Part shown: in pieces, positions 13,130 through 24,351 of the stretch | Layout: each line of letters opens with the position of its first letter | Position numbering within the stretch: position 1 is the stretch's first letter | Source: Luteolibacter sp. | GTDB taxonomy: Bacteria > Verrucomicrobiota > Verrucomicrobiia > Verrucomicrobiales > Akkermansiaceae | Length of the DNA stretch: 64,000 nucleotides | NCBI GenBank assembly: GCA_047605125.1 | Contig: JASGGK010000004.1 | Span: 163,199-227,198 of the forward strand | Direction: 5' to 3' | Notes under the pieces: model-generated | The model's database searches: none | What the model was told of the DNA's origin: nothing | What the model saw: only the letters and a program-made list of their open reading frames with translations | Made by a program: the position numbers and the translations under genes

Positions 13130-14022
13130 GATAAATCCTCGGGCAAAAAGTAGGCGATGACCTGCCCGGTCGGCAAGGAATCGGGGGAAGCGCTCAACAC
13201 CTCCGCGTGGAAAAAGCAGCCATTGGCAGGAGCGTGGAGCGTGCAGAGGCTGCGGTCCATTTCCAGTTCCGCCAATTTCCGGCATTCTTGTGTGAAGCGT
13301 TCGAGCGCGCGGTTGTGAAGAGTGGTGCGCATTTCCATCCGGCGTGTGTAGGCGACGAGAGCCGCGGCGTAATGGCGGCGCGCGTTTTCAGCGGCATCGA
13401 CGAGTAGTCCGAGCTCATGGGGAAGCTGCCGATCCATCAATTTCCGGTGGTTGAGCATTTCCATGCCGACGCTGAACTCGGCGGCGGCGATGATCCCCTG
13501 ATGCCACTCAAGCATGCGGTGGGCGAGGTGGGTGTTGGTGTGTCGGTTTTTTTCGAGGCTGAAAAGCGCGCGGTATTCGTGGGCCTGGCGGCAGAGGATC
13601 TGGTTGGCCCGGCGGATCGCATTGCGGGAAATGTCGCGGCGCGAGGCGCTGACCACGTTGCGGAAATACTCGGCTTCATTTTGTTTTGAATCCGCGAGCT
13701 TCTGAAGCGTTTCCAGATTGGGAATCGCGTCTGAAAGCCATAGCCGCCACGAATTTTCCTCTTGGTTTAGGCGTTTTTGTTGGCGCTTGATCTTGATTTG
13801 CTGCGCGCGGATGCGGCGATCCAGTGCGGTGGTGTCCGTTTGCCAGAGGAGCTGGCCTTTTTTCACGGACCCGCCGTGATTTGCTAGAGAGACGAGGGGG
13901 AAATGCCGCTCGCGGATCGCCGCGATTTTCAAGGGCCGAAGAGCCTTCCGGCTTGCCGATGGGTGGCCGGCGAGTGTTCCCGGAGCTCCCGGATGGGGAA
14001 GTAAGGATGACAAGGATGTCAT
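13126..14022 (-). CDS. Divergent HlyD/membrane-fusion-like protein (lipoyl halves around a long coiled coil)
   Basis: HGGSVKKGQLLWQTD...coiled coil...TLHAPANG. Confidence 0.55.
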   Translation of the reverse strand: MTSLSSLLPHPGAPGTLAGHPSASRKALRPLKIAAIRERHFPLVSLANHGGSVKKGQLLWQTDTTALDRRIRAQQIKIKRQQKRLNQEENSWRLWLSDAIPNLETLQKLADSKQNEAEYFRNVVSASRRDISRNAIRRANQILCRQAHEYRALFSLEKNRHTNTHLAHRMLEWHQGIIAAAEFSVGMEMLNHRKLMDRQLPHELGLLVDAAENARRHYAAALVAYTRRMEMRTTLHNRALERFTQECRKLAELEMDRSLCTLHAPANGCFFHAEVLSASPDSLPTGQVIAYFLPEDLS

Positions 14023-14058
14023 GAACGCTGGCGAGGCAACCATATCCGGAAGCGGAAA

Positions 14059-14736
14059 TCAATCGGCCGGCCGGCCTTTTCTTCCGAGCCAGATGGGAAG
14101 CATGCGGGGCCTCTTGGCATTTGGCGAGGAGGGCACGGTGTATTCGGCGACGTCGAAGCCCGCGCGTTGCAGGTTCCGGGTGACGTTGGCAAGGTAGCGG
14201 GAGCCGGCGATGGCGAGCAGTCCGCCGGGCTGGAGTGCTTCGTAAGCCACGGAAAGCCAGCGTTTGTCATCCGCCCAAGGGCGATTGCGCGGGCCGGTTG
14301 GCGAGGCGTCCAGGTGGGTAATGATGGCGTGCAGGGTGCCGGAATGGGACGCCAATGTGGATGGCGAGCAGTCGTTTTCCAGAAAGACGCGGGAATCGGT
14401 ATTCAGCGGGCTTTCGGGAATGAAGGAACGATGCCATTGCACGAGATCTTCACTCGGTTCGCCGACGAGGAATTGTCCGCGTTTCTGGGCCAGCTCTTTC
14501 GCGACTGCGGAAATCGCGTGGCCGAGGCCGAGACCGGCGAACCAGATTTTCGGTTGGCGGGCGGGGCGGAAAGGCGCGCAGGCGAGTCGGGCGAGCTCCG
14601 CTTCAGCGGCTGCGGTGGCCGGGCCACAGATCTGCTGGCCGTGGATGAGCAGGTATTTCCGGCCGTCGTGCTCCTGCAGTTCGAGCGTGCTGCCATCGCC
14701 CAATGACGTTTCCGCCAGCGTGATCCGTGGTTTCAT
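14059..14736 (-). CDS. Spermidine-synthase-like SAM-dependent methyltransferase
   Basis: IWFAGLGLGH SAM motif, ALQPGGLLAI. Confidence 0.75.
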   Translation of the reverse strand: MKPRITLAETSLGDGSTLELQEHDGRKYLLIHGQQICGPATAAAEAELARLACAPFRPARQPKIWFAGLGLGHAISAVAKELAQKRGQFLVGEPSEDLVQWHRSFIPESPLNTDSRVFLENDCSPSTLASHSGTLHAIITHLDASPTGPRNRPWADDKRWLSVAYEALQPGGLLAIAGSRYLANVTRNLQRAGFDVAEYTVPSSPNAKRPRMLPIWLGRKGRPAD

Positions 14737-14777
14737 GGCTTGCGACTTGCGATGCGGCCTGGTAAAAGGCAAGCACT

Positions 14778-15068
14778 ATGTCCACTGATCCTACTCCCAT
14801 GCCTCCAAGTGGCGCACAAATTCCCAGTGCTGATAAGAAACTCGTCGCCGGATTGCTCGGTATTTTGCTTGGTGGCTTCGGAGTGCATAAATTCTACCTC
14901 GGTTACACCAAGGAAGGCCTGATCATGCTTCTGGTTTCCTTGCTGACTTGTGGAATTGGAGCTTTTGTCATGAGTCCGATCGGTCTGATCGAGGGTATTT
15001 TATACCTCACGAAGTCCGACGAAGAATTCGTCTCGACCTACGTGACCGGCCGCAAAACCTGGTTCTGA
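14778..15068 (+). CDS. TM2 domain membrane protein
   Basis: KKLVAGLLGILLGGFGVHKFYLG. Confidence 0.9.
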   Translation: MSTDPTPMPPSGAQIPSADKKLVAGLLGILLGGFGVHKFYLGYTKEGLIMLLVSLLTCGIGAFVMSPIGLIEGILYLTKSDEEFVSTYVTGRKTWF

Positions 15069-15096
15069 AGTCCGGTTTCAGAACGTTGTTTTAAGT

Positions 15097-15131
15097 AAAA
15101 AACCCCGATCCGGTGAGGATCGGGGTTTTTT
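15097..15131. terminator. Bidirectional intrinsic terminator
   Basis: AAAAAACCCCGATCC-ggtga-GGATCGGGGTTTTTT between convergent genes. Confidence 0.9.
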
Positions 15132-15174
15132 GTAGGGTTACAGTCTCAGATGAGAAGCAACTGAGCCTCAGGAA

Positions 15175-15450
15175 TTAGAGGCTGCCTTTGAGAACCGAAG
15201 AAGGCTTGAAACCGACGGACTTGGAGGCGGCGATCTTCATGGATTCACCAGTCTTTGGATTGCGGCCTTGGCGGGCAGCACGCTTTTTCACCTCAAAGGT
15301 GCCGAAACCGATGATTTGGACTTTCTTGTCTTTTTTGATGCCTTTGGAGATGGCTTCAAGGACAGCGTCGAGGGCTTCGTCAGCGGCACGCTTGGTGGCG
15401 TCTTTACCGAGGTTTTTTTGGACGGCTTCTACGAGTTCAGCTTTATTCAT
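15175..15450 (-). CDS. hup: HU DNA-binding protein
   Basis: [30 protein letters not shown]. Confidence 0.96.
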   Translation of the reverse strand: MNKAELVEAVQKNLGKDATKRAADEALDAVLEAISKGIKKDKKVQIIGFGTFEVKKRAARQGRNPKTGESMKIAASKSVGFKPSSVLKGSL

Positions 15451-15801
15451 GGCAGCGGTGTTTGTGCGAGTGTCCCTGTGGGTTGGCAAGAGAAAACGAG
15501 CTGGAAACTAAAGGAAAAATAAGAACCAGGGCTTGACCTCGCGGGGGGGATTGGCGTCTTGTCCAAGCGGGGTAAAAGGATTAAGACAGGATTTTGCGCC
15601 GGGAGGTCACACGTTAGATTCGGATAGAATGGAAAACCGCCGGATTCCGCCTTTTCCGGGTGAAATGAAGAGGCGGCCGGTTTCCAACTCCGGGGAATTG
15701 CAAGTTGGCTAAAGATCGCTGACTGAATTTCAAAAAAAGCGGGGATTCAAACTGGTGTTCAAAAATGCTGAACATTTTGATTTGTAACAGATTGAAGGGG
15801 A

Positions 15802-15819
15802 TTGTGAAATTTTTCACAA
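15802..15819. promoter_or_regulatory. Rex-box (also CRP-like) palindrome upstream of the atp operon
   Basis: TTGTGAA-ATTT-TTCACAA, just upstream of candidate promoter TTGCGG(15827)-N18-TATAGC(15851). Confidence 0.7.
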
Positions 15820-15885
15820 ATAGGGCTTGCGGATGCTCGCCGGCCTTCGCTATAGCCACGCGCCCAACGCAATCGGAATCCACGC

Positions 15886-16758
15886 ATGCGCCTTTCCAAA
15901 CTCATCCCACTTACTTGGCTTCTCGGTGCCGCTTCCAGCTTTGCCGCGGAAGGTGAACACCACGCCCTGCCGCTGAATGCCCAACACCAGTTCGGTGGAT
16001 GGGTGAGCAACTCTACTTTGATGGTCTGGATCGCGGTCGGCGTGATTGTTCTTTTCTGCCAAATCGCGACCCGCAAGGTGTCTCTCATCCCTTCAGGCTT
16101 CCAAAACTTCGCCGAGTGGCTGATTGAATCCCTCTATGATTTCCTCGGAGGTCTGCTCGGCGAGCATCTGGTGAAGCGCACCTTCTGGTTCCTCGGTTCC
16201 ATTTTCTTTTTCATTCTTGTGACGAACTGGCTCGGCCTCATTCCGGGAGTGGGCACGGTTGGTATGAAAGATTCCCACGGCCATCTGGTTCCTTTCCTTC
16301 GCGGTGGTAACGCCGACCTCAACATGACTTCCGCCATGGCGCTGACTTTCGCGCTGCTCTGGTTCTACTGGGCGCTTACGGAAAACGGCGCGAAAGGTTT
16401 CTTCGCCCATATTTTCGCTCCGAAGGGGGATTTCAAAGGCATCATGATGCTGCTGATGATCCCGATCTTCTTCCTTGTCGGTCTTCTGGAAATCGTTTCC
16501 ATCGCCGTCCGTCCGGTGGCTCTCAGCTTTCGTCTCTTCGGTAACATCTACGGCGGCGAGCAAACGCTCGAAGCGCTCATGGCGCTGATCCCGACCAAGC
16601 TGCAGCCGTTCCTTTCCTGGGCTCCGGCGCTTCCATTCTACTTCATGGAGCTGCTCGTCGGTGCCGTCCAGGCTCTCGTTTTCACGCTTCTCTGCGCGAT
16701 CTTCATCAAGCTCATCTGCGACCACGGCGATGAGCATCACGCTGAAGATCACCACTAA
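15886..16758 (+). CDS. atpB: F0 subunit a
   Basis: LEIVSIAVRPVALSFRLFGNI, ELLVGAVQALVF. Confidence 0.97.
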   Translation: MRLSKLIPLTWLLGAASSFAAEGEHHALPLNAQHQFGGWVSNSTLMVWIAVGVIVLFCQIATRKVSLIPSGFQNFAEWLIESLYDFLGGLLGEHLVKRTFWFLGSIFFFILVTNWLGLIPGVGTVGMKDSHGHLVPFLRGGNADLNMTSAMALTFALLWFYWALTENGAKGFFAHIFAPKGDFKGIMMLLMIPIFFLVGLLEIVSIAVRPVALSFRLFGNIYGGEQTLEALMALIPTKLQPFLSWAPALPFYFMELLVGAVQALVFTLLCAIFIKLICDHGDEHHAEDHH

Positions 16759-16829
16759 ACTCTCCGCAGCCGGACCATGGCGAAGACTGTGGGGGCTGCA
16801 GAAACCAACACCAAACTACACTACACACA

Positions 16830-17015
16830 ATGATCCTGTCTCACGTTGCTCTCGCAGCTGTCGGCGCTGCCATCGGTATCGGTCTCATCGGTTTCAAGGC
16901 TACTGAAGCCACCGGCCGTAACCCAGGTGCCGCTACCCCGATCCTCGTTCTCTCCATCATTCTTGCAGCTCTTGTCGAAGGTATCTTCATTCTTTCGGCC
17001 TTCGCTGTTAAGTAA
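16830..17015 (+). CDS. atpE: F0 subunit c (61 aa)
   Basis: GAAIGIG helix, GRNP loop, ion-binding Glu in LVEG; operon position. Confidence 0.93.
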   Translation: MILSHVALAAVGAAIGIGLIGFKATEATGRNPGAATPILVLSIILAALVEGIFILSAFAVK

Positions 17016-17103
17016 TCCTTCCGGCGGCACGCGCTCCTCGGGGCGCGTGCTTCCCTTGTTTCTCTCGCGTTTGTCTTCCGAACCTCTCGAATTTCCCAAG
17101 TAA

Positions 17104-17649
17104 ATGACCTCTCTTTCGATTCTGGCCGCCGCAGCGCCGCACGGTGAATCCTCGAACCTTCTTGATCAGTTCGGCTGGAATCTGCCGTTCTTCATCGCAC
17201 AGGTGGTCAATTTCTTCCTCGTGATTTTCGTTCTGAAGAAATTCGCCTTCGGTCCGATCCAGGCCATGCTCGAGCAGCGTCGCTCCCGCATTATTTCCGG
17301 TGAAGAAAAGCTCAAGCAGATCGAGCAGCAGCTCGCCGAGTCCGAAGTCACCACCGCCGCCGCCATTGCCAAGGCAAATCAAGAAGCCACCCGCTTGATC
17401 GACGAAGCGAAAAATGGCGCCGCCGCTTTCACCGAGCAAAAATCCCAAGAGGCGATCGCCCAAGCCCAGCAAATCCTCGCCAAGGCCGATGCGCAGGCTA
17501 AAGCCGACCGCGCCGCCATCTCCGCTGAACTCAAGCGCGAATTCGGCCGCCTCGTTGCCTCCACCACTTCCCAAGTCACCGGCAAGGTTCTCACCGCCGA
17601 TGACCAGAAGCGCATCAACGAAGAAGCGCTCACCAAGGTCGAAGCCTAA
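17104..17649 (+). CDS. atpF: F0 subunit b
   Basis: AQVVNF...LKKFAFGPI..MLEQRR, then coiled coil. Confidence 0.95.
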   Translation: MTSLSILAAAAPHGESSNLLDQFGWNLPFFIAQVVNFFLVIFVLKKFAFGPIQAMLEQRRSRIISGEEKLKQIEQQLAESEVTTAAAIAKANQEATRLIDEAKNGAAAFTEQKSQEAIAQAQQILAKADAQAKADRAAISAELKREFGRLVASTTSQVTGKVLTADDQKRINEEALTKVEA

Positions 17650-17680
17650 TTTTTTCCTCGCTCCGCTCCTTTCCGAAGCC

Positions 17681-18073
17681 ATGAAGATTTCCAAAGTCGC
17701 CTCCCAAACCGGTCGCCGCTTGTTCGGTCTTTGCCAAACCGACGGCAAACTCGACGACGCCAAGCTCGGCAAAGTGATTTCCACTCTCGTCGAGTCGAAG
17801 CCACGTGACTACCGCTCCATCCTCATCGCGCTTCAACGTTTGGTCCGTCTCGATGCCGAGCGCCGCCAGGTCACCGTGGAAAGCGCCGTGGAACTGGACG
17901 CCGCCGCCCGCGAGCGCGTCGCCAAAGGTCTCGCCGCCCAATACGGTCCGGATCTTGTTTTCAGTTATCAAATCACCCCGTCTCTCCTCGGCGGCCTGCG
18001 CATCCGCGTTGGCAACGATGTTTACGACGGCTCCGTCCAAGGCCGCATCAACCGCCTCGCCAACGCATTCTAA
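17681..18073 (+). CDS. atpH: F1 subunit delta (short form)
   Basis: VTVESAVEL, PSLLGGLRIRVGNDVYDGSV; start MKISK at 17681. Confidence 0.92.
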   Translation: MKISKVASQTGRRLFGLCQTDGKLDDAKLGKVISTLVESKPRDYRSILIALQRLVRLDAERRQVTVESAVELDAAARERVAKGLAAQYGPDLVFSYQITPSLLGGLRIRVGNDVYDGSVQGRINRLANAF

Positions 18074-18123
18074 TTCCGCTTTAACGCCTCCCCGAAACTT
18101 CCGACCCACCACCTCTTCTTCTT

Positions 18124-19665
18124 ATGAGCAGCATCCTTCAGGAACTCGAAAAACAGATCGCCAACATCTCGGCGTCCGTCGAAAAAACCAATGTCGGCAT
18201 CGTCCGCAACGTCGGTGACGGCGTGGCAAAAGTCGAAGGCCTTTCCGATGTCTCGCTCAACGAGATGATCGAGTTCGACGGTGGCGTGACCGGTATCGCC
18301 CTGAACCTTGAAGAAAGCGAAGTCGGTGTCGTGCTTCTCGGCAACTACGGTGCCGTGACCGAAGGCGCCGAGTGCCGTGCGACCGGCAAGCTCCTTTCCG
18401 TTCCTGTCGGTGAAGCGCTTCTCGGCCGCGTGGTGGATGCCCTCGGCGCACCAATCGACGGCAAGGGCGCCATCGAAGCCGCCGCTTTCTACCCGATGGA
18501 AAAAATCGCGCCGGGCATCATCAAGCGGAAGTCCGTTTCCGTGCCCGTGCAAACCGGCATCATGGCCATCGACGCGATGATCCCCGTGGGCCGCGGCCAG
18601 CGCGAGCTCATCATCGGTGACCGCGCCACCGGCAAGACCACCATCGCCGTTGACACCATCATTTCCCAAGCCCAGCAGAACAAAGCCGCTGAGCAAGGCA
18701 AGCTGCAGAACCACAAGCCGCTCTATTGTATCTACGTCGCCATCGGCCAGAAGCTCGCCAACGTCGCCCGCACCCAGAAGATTCTCGAAGATGCGGGCGC
18801 GATGGAATACACCACCATCGTTTCCGCTTCCGCTTCCGACGCCGCCGCGATGCAGTTCCTCGCTCCATACGCAGGCTGCGCCATCGCGGAATACCTCATG
18901 GACAAGGGCCAGGACGTTCTCATCGTGTTCGATGACCTTTCCAAGCACGCCGTTGCTTATCGTCAGGTTTCCCTGATCCTTCGCCGTCCTTCCGGCCGTG
19001 AAGCGTATCCAGGTGACGTTTTCTACCTCCACTCCCGCCTTCTCGAGCGTTCCGCTCGTCTCTCCGAAGCCGCAGGTGGTGGTTCCCTCACCGCGCTTCC
19101 GATCATCGAGACCCAAGCCGGCGACGTTTCCGCTTACATTCCGACCAACGTGATTTCCATCACCGACGGCCAGATCTACCTCGAAACCGACCTCTTCTAC
19201 CAAGGTATCCGTCCTGCGATCTCCGTGGGTCTCTCGGTGTCCCGCGTGGGCTCCGCTTGCCAAACCAAGACGATCAAGTCCGTCGCCGGTACCACCAAGC
19301 TCGACCTCGCCCAGTTCCGCGAGCTCCAAGCCTTCGCCCAATTCGGTTCCGACCTCGACGCCTCCACCAAGAAGAAGCTCGATCGCGGTGCCCGCATCGT
19401 GGAGCTCTTCAAGCAAAACCAATACAGCCCGCTCTCCATGGAGCTGGAGTCCGTTTACCTCTTCGCGATGCAGAACGGTTACTTCGACGACGTCGCCGTG
19501 GCGGACGTGAAGCGCTTCCAGGCTGCGCTCGGTGAATACTTCTCCACCCGCAAAGGTGAAATCCTCGACAAGATCCGCAACGAAAAGCCGGATCTCAAGA
19601 AGGACGCCGCTACCGTGGAAGCCGTCAAAGGCGCCATCGAAGACTTCAAGAAGTCCTGGAAATAA
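18124..19665 (+). CDS. atpA: F1 subunit alpha
   Basis: [26 protein letters not shown]. Confidence 0.99.
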   Translation: MSSILQELEKQIANISASVEKTNVGIVRNVGDGVAKVEGLSDVSLNEMIEFDGGVTGIALNLEESEVGVVLLGNYGAVTEGAECRATGKLLSVPVGEALLGRVVDALGAPIDGKGAIEAAAFYPMEKIAPGIIKRKSVSVPVQTGIMAIDAMIPVGRGQRELIIGDRATGKTTIAVDTIISQAQQNKAAEQGKLQNHKPLYCIYVAIGQKLANVARTQKILEDAGAMEYTTIVSASASDAAAMQFLAPYAGCAIAEYLMDKGQDVLIVFDDLSKHAVAYRQVSLILRRPSGREAYPGDVFYLHSRLLERSARLSEAAGGGSLTALPIIETQAGDVSAYIPTNVISITDGQIYLETDLFYQGIRPAISVGLSVSRVGSACQTKTIKSVAGTTKLDLAQFRELQAFAQFGSDLDASTKKKLDRGARIVELFKQNQYSPLSMELESVYLFAMQNGYFDDVAVADVKRFQAALGEYFSTRKGEILDKIRNEKPDLKKDAATVEAVKGAIEDFKKSWK

Positions 19666-19667
19666 TG

Positions 19668-19746
19668 GTGATTAGGGGATTGGAGATTCGAGATAAGATC
19701 ATCGCGAATCCCTTTCCCTAATTTCAAATCTCATCTCCCCAATCTC
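19668..19746. repeat. Degenerate heptamer-array inverted repeat, atpA-atpG spacer
   Basis: Left arm gggattg gagattc gagataa; right arm cctaatt tcaaatc tcatctc cccaatc. Confidence 0.65.
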
Positions 19747-19762
19747 TTTTTAGCGAAGCAAC

Positions 19763-20617
19763 ATGGCCAACCTTCGAGACATCCGCCGACGCATCAAGTC
19801 GGTCAAGAACACCGCGCAAATCACCCGCGCGATGCAGCTGGTCGCTGCCGCCAAGATGAAAAAGGCGCAGGATCAGGCGCTGGCAGGACGGGATTATGCC
19901 CACAAGCTCAACGGCGTTCTTGAAGACATCGGCAAGAGCTTCGGTGAAGAAGCCACCCACGCCCTTCTCGAAAAACGCGAAGGCGACCGAGAGCTGGTGC
20001 TGGTCATTTCCACGGACAAAGGCTTGTGCGGACCGATCAACACCAACCTTGCCCGCGTCCTGCGTGCGAAGACTTCTCCAAGTGCGGATTTCGTGACCGT
20101 CGGCCGCAAGCTCCGCATGATGATCGAAAAAGTCGGCGGAACCATCCTCGCGGATTTCTCCGTGAAAGATCCGGTGCCATTCGCCGACGCCCGTTCCATC
20201 GCGACGCTGCTTTCCAAGCAGTTCCTGGAAGGTAACTATGACAAGGTTTCGATCGCTTACACCCGCTTCGTCAACACGCTCAGCCAGGTGCCGGAAGTTG
20301 TTCAATTGCTGCCCGTACAGCCACCGGCCCACGAGAATCACTATGACCGCCCCGACGTTGGCGGATTCCTCTTCGAGCCATCGCCTGCGGACGTTCTCGC
20401 GTCGATCCTGCCGCTCTACGTGAATTTCGAAGTCTTCCAAACCCTCGTCGAAGCCCGCGCTTCCGAGCACTCCGCACGGATGGTCGCCATGAAATCGGCG
20501 ACGGACAACGCGAAGAAATTCATCAAAGAGCTCACGCTCGAATACAACAAGCTCCGCCAGGGCGCCATCACCGCCGAGCTTCTCGAAATCACGACGGCCA
20601 TGAAGGCCATGGAATAA
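19763..20617 (+). CDS. atpG: F1 subunit gamma
   Basis: IKSVKNTAQITRAMQLVAAAK, ASEHSARMVAM, RQGAITAELLEI. Confidence 0.99.
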   Translation: MANLRDIRRRIKSVKNTAQITRAMQLVAAAKMKKAQDQALAGRDYAHKLNGVLEDIGKSFGEEATHALLEKREGDRELVLVISTDKGLCGPINTNLARVLRAKTSPSADFVTVGRKLRMMIEKVGGTILADFSVKDPVPFADARSIATLLSKQFLEGNYDKVSIAYTRFVNTLSQVPEVVQLLPVQPPAHENHYDRPDVGGFLFEPSPADVLASILPLYVNFEVFQTLVEARASEHSARMVAMKSATDNAKKFIKELTLEYNKLRQGAITAELLEITTAMKAME

Positions 20618-20623
20618 CCTTCA

Positions 20624-22193
<1,570 letters not shown>

Positions 22194-22200
22194 TTTAAGA

Positions 22201-22279
22201 AGTTTCAAGTTTTCAGTGTTCGGTTTTCAGGAAGAGTTCCTGACGCGGCCTGAAAACTTGAAACTGAAAACTTGAAACT
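22201..22279. repeat. Heptamer-array hairpin, atpD-atpC spacer
   Basis: 31-bp arms (22201-22231 and 22249-22279), 27/31 complementary, 17-nt loop; units agtttca/agttttc. Confidence 0.9.
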
Positions 22280-22282
22280 CCT

Positions 22283-22693
22283 ATGGCACTGCTCCTCGAT
22301 ATCGTCACTCCCGAGAAGAAGATCTTTTCCGGCTCCGTGGACAACGTTTACCTGCCGGGCGCGGATGGTGAGATCGGCGTTTTGCCAAGCCACGCTGGCT
22401 TGGTGACCGCGCTGGCTGCCGGTGAGCTTCGCTACCAACAAGGCGGAAAGACCACCGAACTGGCGATCGGCTCAGGCTTTGCCGAGGTCGGTCAGGACAA
22501 GGTCGTGATCCTCACGGACATGGCCCTTGGTGAAGCCGAGATTGATGTAGCCAATACCGAAGCCGCCATCAAGCGCGCCCAAGACAAGCTGGCGAACGTC
22601 GATCACAACCTTGATGCTGAAGAAGTCGCCTATCTCCAAGGCATCATCGCCAAGTCCACCGCCGCTCTTCTCCTGAAGCGCAAAAGCAACTAA
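22283..22693 (+). CDS. atpC: F1 subunit epsilon
   Basis: LDIVTPEK, GEIGVLPSHA, GFAEV. Confidence 0.96.
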   Translation: MALLLDIVTPEKKIFSGSVDNVYLPGADGEIGVLPSHAGLVTALAAGELRYQQGGKTTELAIGSGFAEVGQDKVVILTDMALGEAEIDVANTEAAIKRAQDKLANVDHNLDAEEVAYLQGIIAKSTAALLLKRKSN

Positions 22694-22718
22694 GTGACCG
22701 CGATTTCATAGTCCTTCC

Positions 22719-22753
22719 AAAGCCCGTCCGGTTCCTCCGCGACGGGCTTTTTT
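22719..22753 (+). terminator. Intrinsic terminator after the atp operon
   Basis: aaagcccgtc...gacgggcttt followed by a T-run. Confidence 0.8.
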
Positions 22754-22758
22754 CTCTT

Positions 22759-24312
22759 ATGTTTTCCCAACTCTTTCAGAAAAAGCGCGGCACTTGGAAA
22801 GATGACGCCTTGGCGGGCCTTACCACCGCGTTTGCATTGGTGCCGGGATCGATCGCGTTCGCATTTGTGGCGGGTGTTCCTCCGATCTCCGGACTGTATG
22901 CGGCGTTTTTGGTCTGTCTGATCACGGCGTGTTTCGGTGGAAGGCCGGGGATGATTTCATCAGCGGCAGGATCGCTGGCGGTGGTGATGATTTCCCTTGT
23001 GGTTGCAGGGAATGAGCGCGGCGGAGCGGGTGCCGGAGTGGAGTATCTGTTTCTGGCGGTGATTTTGATGGGATTGATCCAGATCGGCATCGGCTTGTTG
23101 AAACTCGGGCGTTACATCCGGTTGGTGCCCCATCCGGTGATGATGGGGTTCGTCAATGGATTGGCCATCGTGGTTTTCCTGTCGATGCTGCGGAATTTCC
23201 GGCAGCGGGAAGGTTCGGAAATCGGGCCGTGGCTGCAAGGTTCCGCTTTGTATGTCATGCTGGGCTTGGTCGCGCTGACGATGGCGATTGTTTATCTGCT
23301 GCCGAAGGCGACGAGGAAAGTCCCATCCGCACTGGCGGCGATCATCGTGGTCAGTCTGGTGGCGGCTTTCGGACTGGAGACCCTGACCGTGGGTGATCTT
23401 TCGAGTGTGCGGGGCGTGTTTCCCGCACCGCATTTACCCCAGGTGCCATTGGCGTGGGATACGCTGGTTTTCATCGCGCCTTATTCCGTGATTTTCGCAT
23501 TCGTGGGTCTGGTGGAAAGCTTGATGACCCTTCAGTTGATCGATGAAATCACCGGATCGCGCGGCAAGGCGAATCGCGAGTGCATTGCGCTCGGCGCGGC
23601 CAATCTCGTGGCCGGGAGTTTCAAGGGCATGGGCGGCTGCGCGCTGGTGGGTGAAAGTTTGATCAATATCAGCTCCGGTGGACGCGGGCGGATGTCCGGT
23701 GTTTTCGCGGCGATCTCTCTGCTGATTTTCATTTTGGTGGGAGCGCCGTTGATCGACCGCATCCCGATGGCGGCACTTACCGGGGTGATGTTCGTGGTGG
23801 TGATCGCGACATTCGAATGGTCCACTTTCAAAACATTGCGGAAAGTCCCGCTCTCCGATGGTTTGGTGATTCTCGCCGTCACCGGCATCACGGTTTGGCA
23901 TGATCTGGCGACAGCGGTTTTTTGCGGTGTGATTTTGGCCTCGCTGGCGTTTGCGTGGAAAAGCTCGAAGCATCTTCATGCGACCATCATTTCGGATCGC
24001 GGCGGCGAAAGAATTTATCAGATCCGAGGGCTGCTTTATTTTGGAGCGGTACGGGATTTTCTGGAGAAATTCCGCCCGGAGAAAGATCCGGGAAACGTGG
24101 TGCTGGATTTCCATGAGACCCGCGTTTGCGATCTTTCGGGAATTGAAGCGATCCACACATTGGTGCAACGCTATGACAAGGCGGGAAAAACGATCCGGCT
24201 GCGCCACTTGTCCGGTGACTGCCGCAGTTTGCTGGAAAAGGCGGGAACGTTGGCGAAGGTGGAAGTCACCGGGGATGATCCGGATTATTTCGTCGCGAAT
24301 GTCCGTGGATGA
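22759..24312 (+). CDS. SulP/SLC26 anion transporter with STAS domain
   Basis: GGRPGMISSAAG, GFVNGLAI, NRECIALG, GLLYFGA...DLSG. Confidence 0.93.
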   Translation: MFSQLFQKKRGTWKDDALAGLTTAFALVPGSIAFAFVAGVPPISGLYAAFLVCLITACFGGRPGMISSAAGSLAVVMISLVVAGNERGGAGAGVEYLFLAVILMGLIQIGIGLLKLGRYIRLVPHPVMMGFVNGLAIVVFLSMLRNFRQREGSEIGPWLQGSALYVMLGLVALTMAIVYLLPKATRKVPSALAAIIVVSLVAAFGLETLTVGDLSSVRGVFPAPHLPQVPLAWDTLVFIAPYSVIFAFVGLVESLMTLQLIDEITGSRGKANRECIALGAANLVAGSFKGMGGCALVGESLINISSGGRGRMSGVFAAISLLIFILVGAPLIDRIPMAALTGVMFVVVIATFEWSTFKTLRKVPLSDGLVILAVTGITVWHDLATAVFCGVILASLAFAWKSSKHLHATIISDRGGERIYQIRGLLYFGAVRDFLEKFRPEKDPGNVVLDFHETRVCDLSGIEAIHTLVQRYDKAGKTIRLRHLSGDCRSLLEKAGTLAKVEVTGDDPDYFVANVRG

Positions 24313-24351
24313 TGGCTTGAGGTTCCGCCGGATGAGCCGCAGATTGATGAC

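Noticed and set aside
15500-15790. Possible ncRNA, riboswitch or small ORFs in the hup-atpB gap
   Set aside because: Only weak hairpins; no recognisable family motif; the ORFs lack coding features
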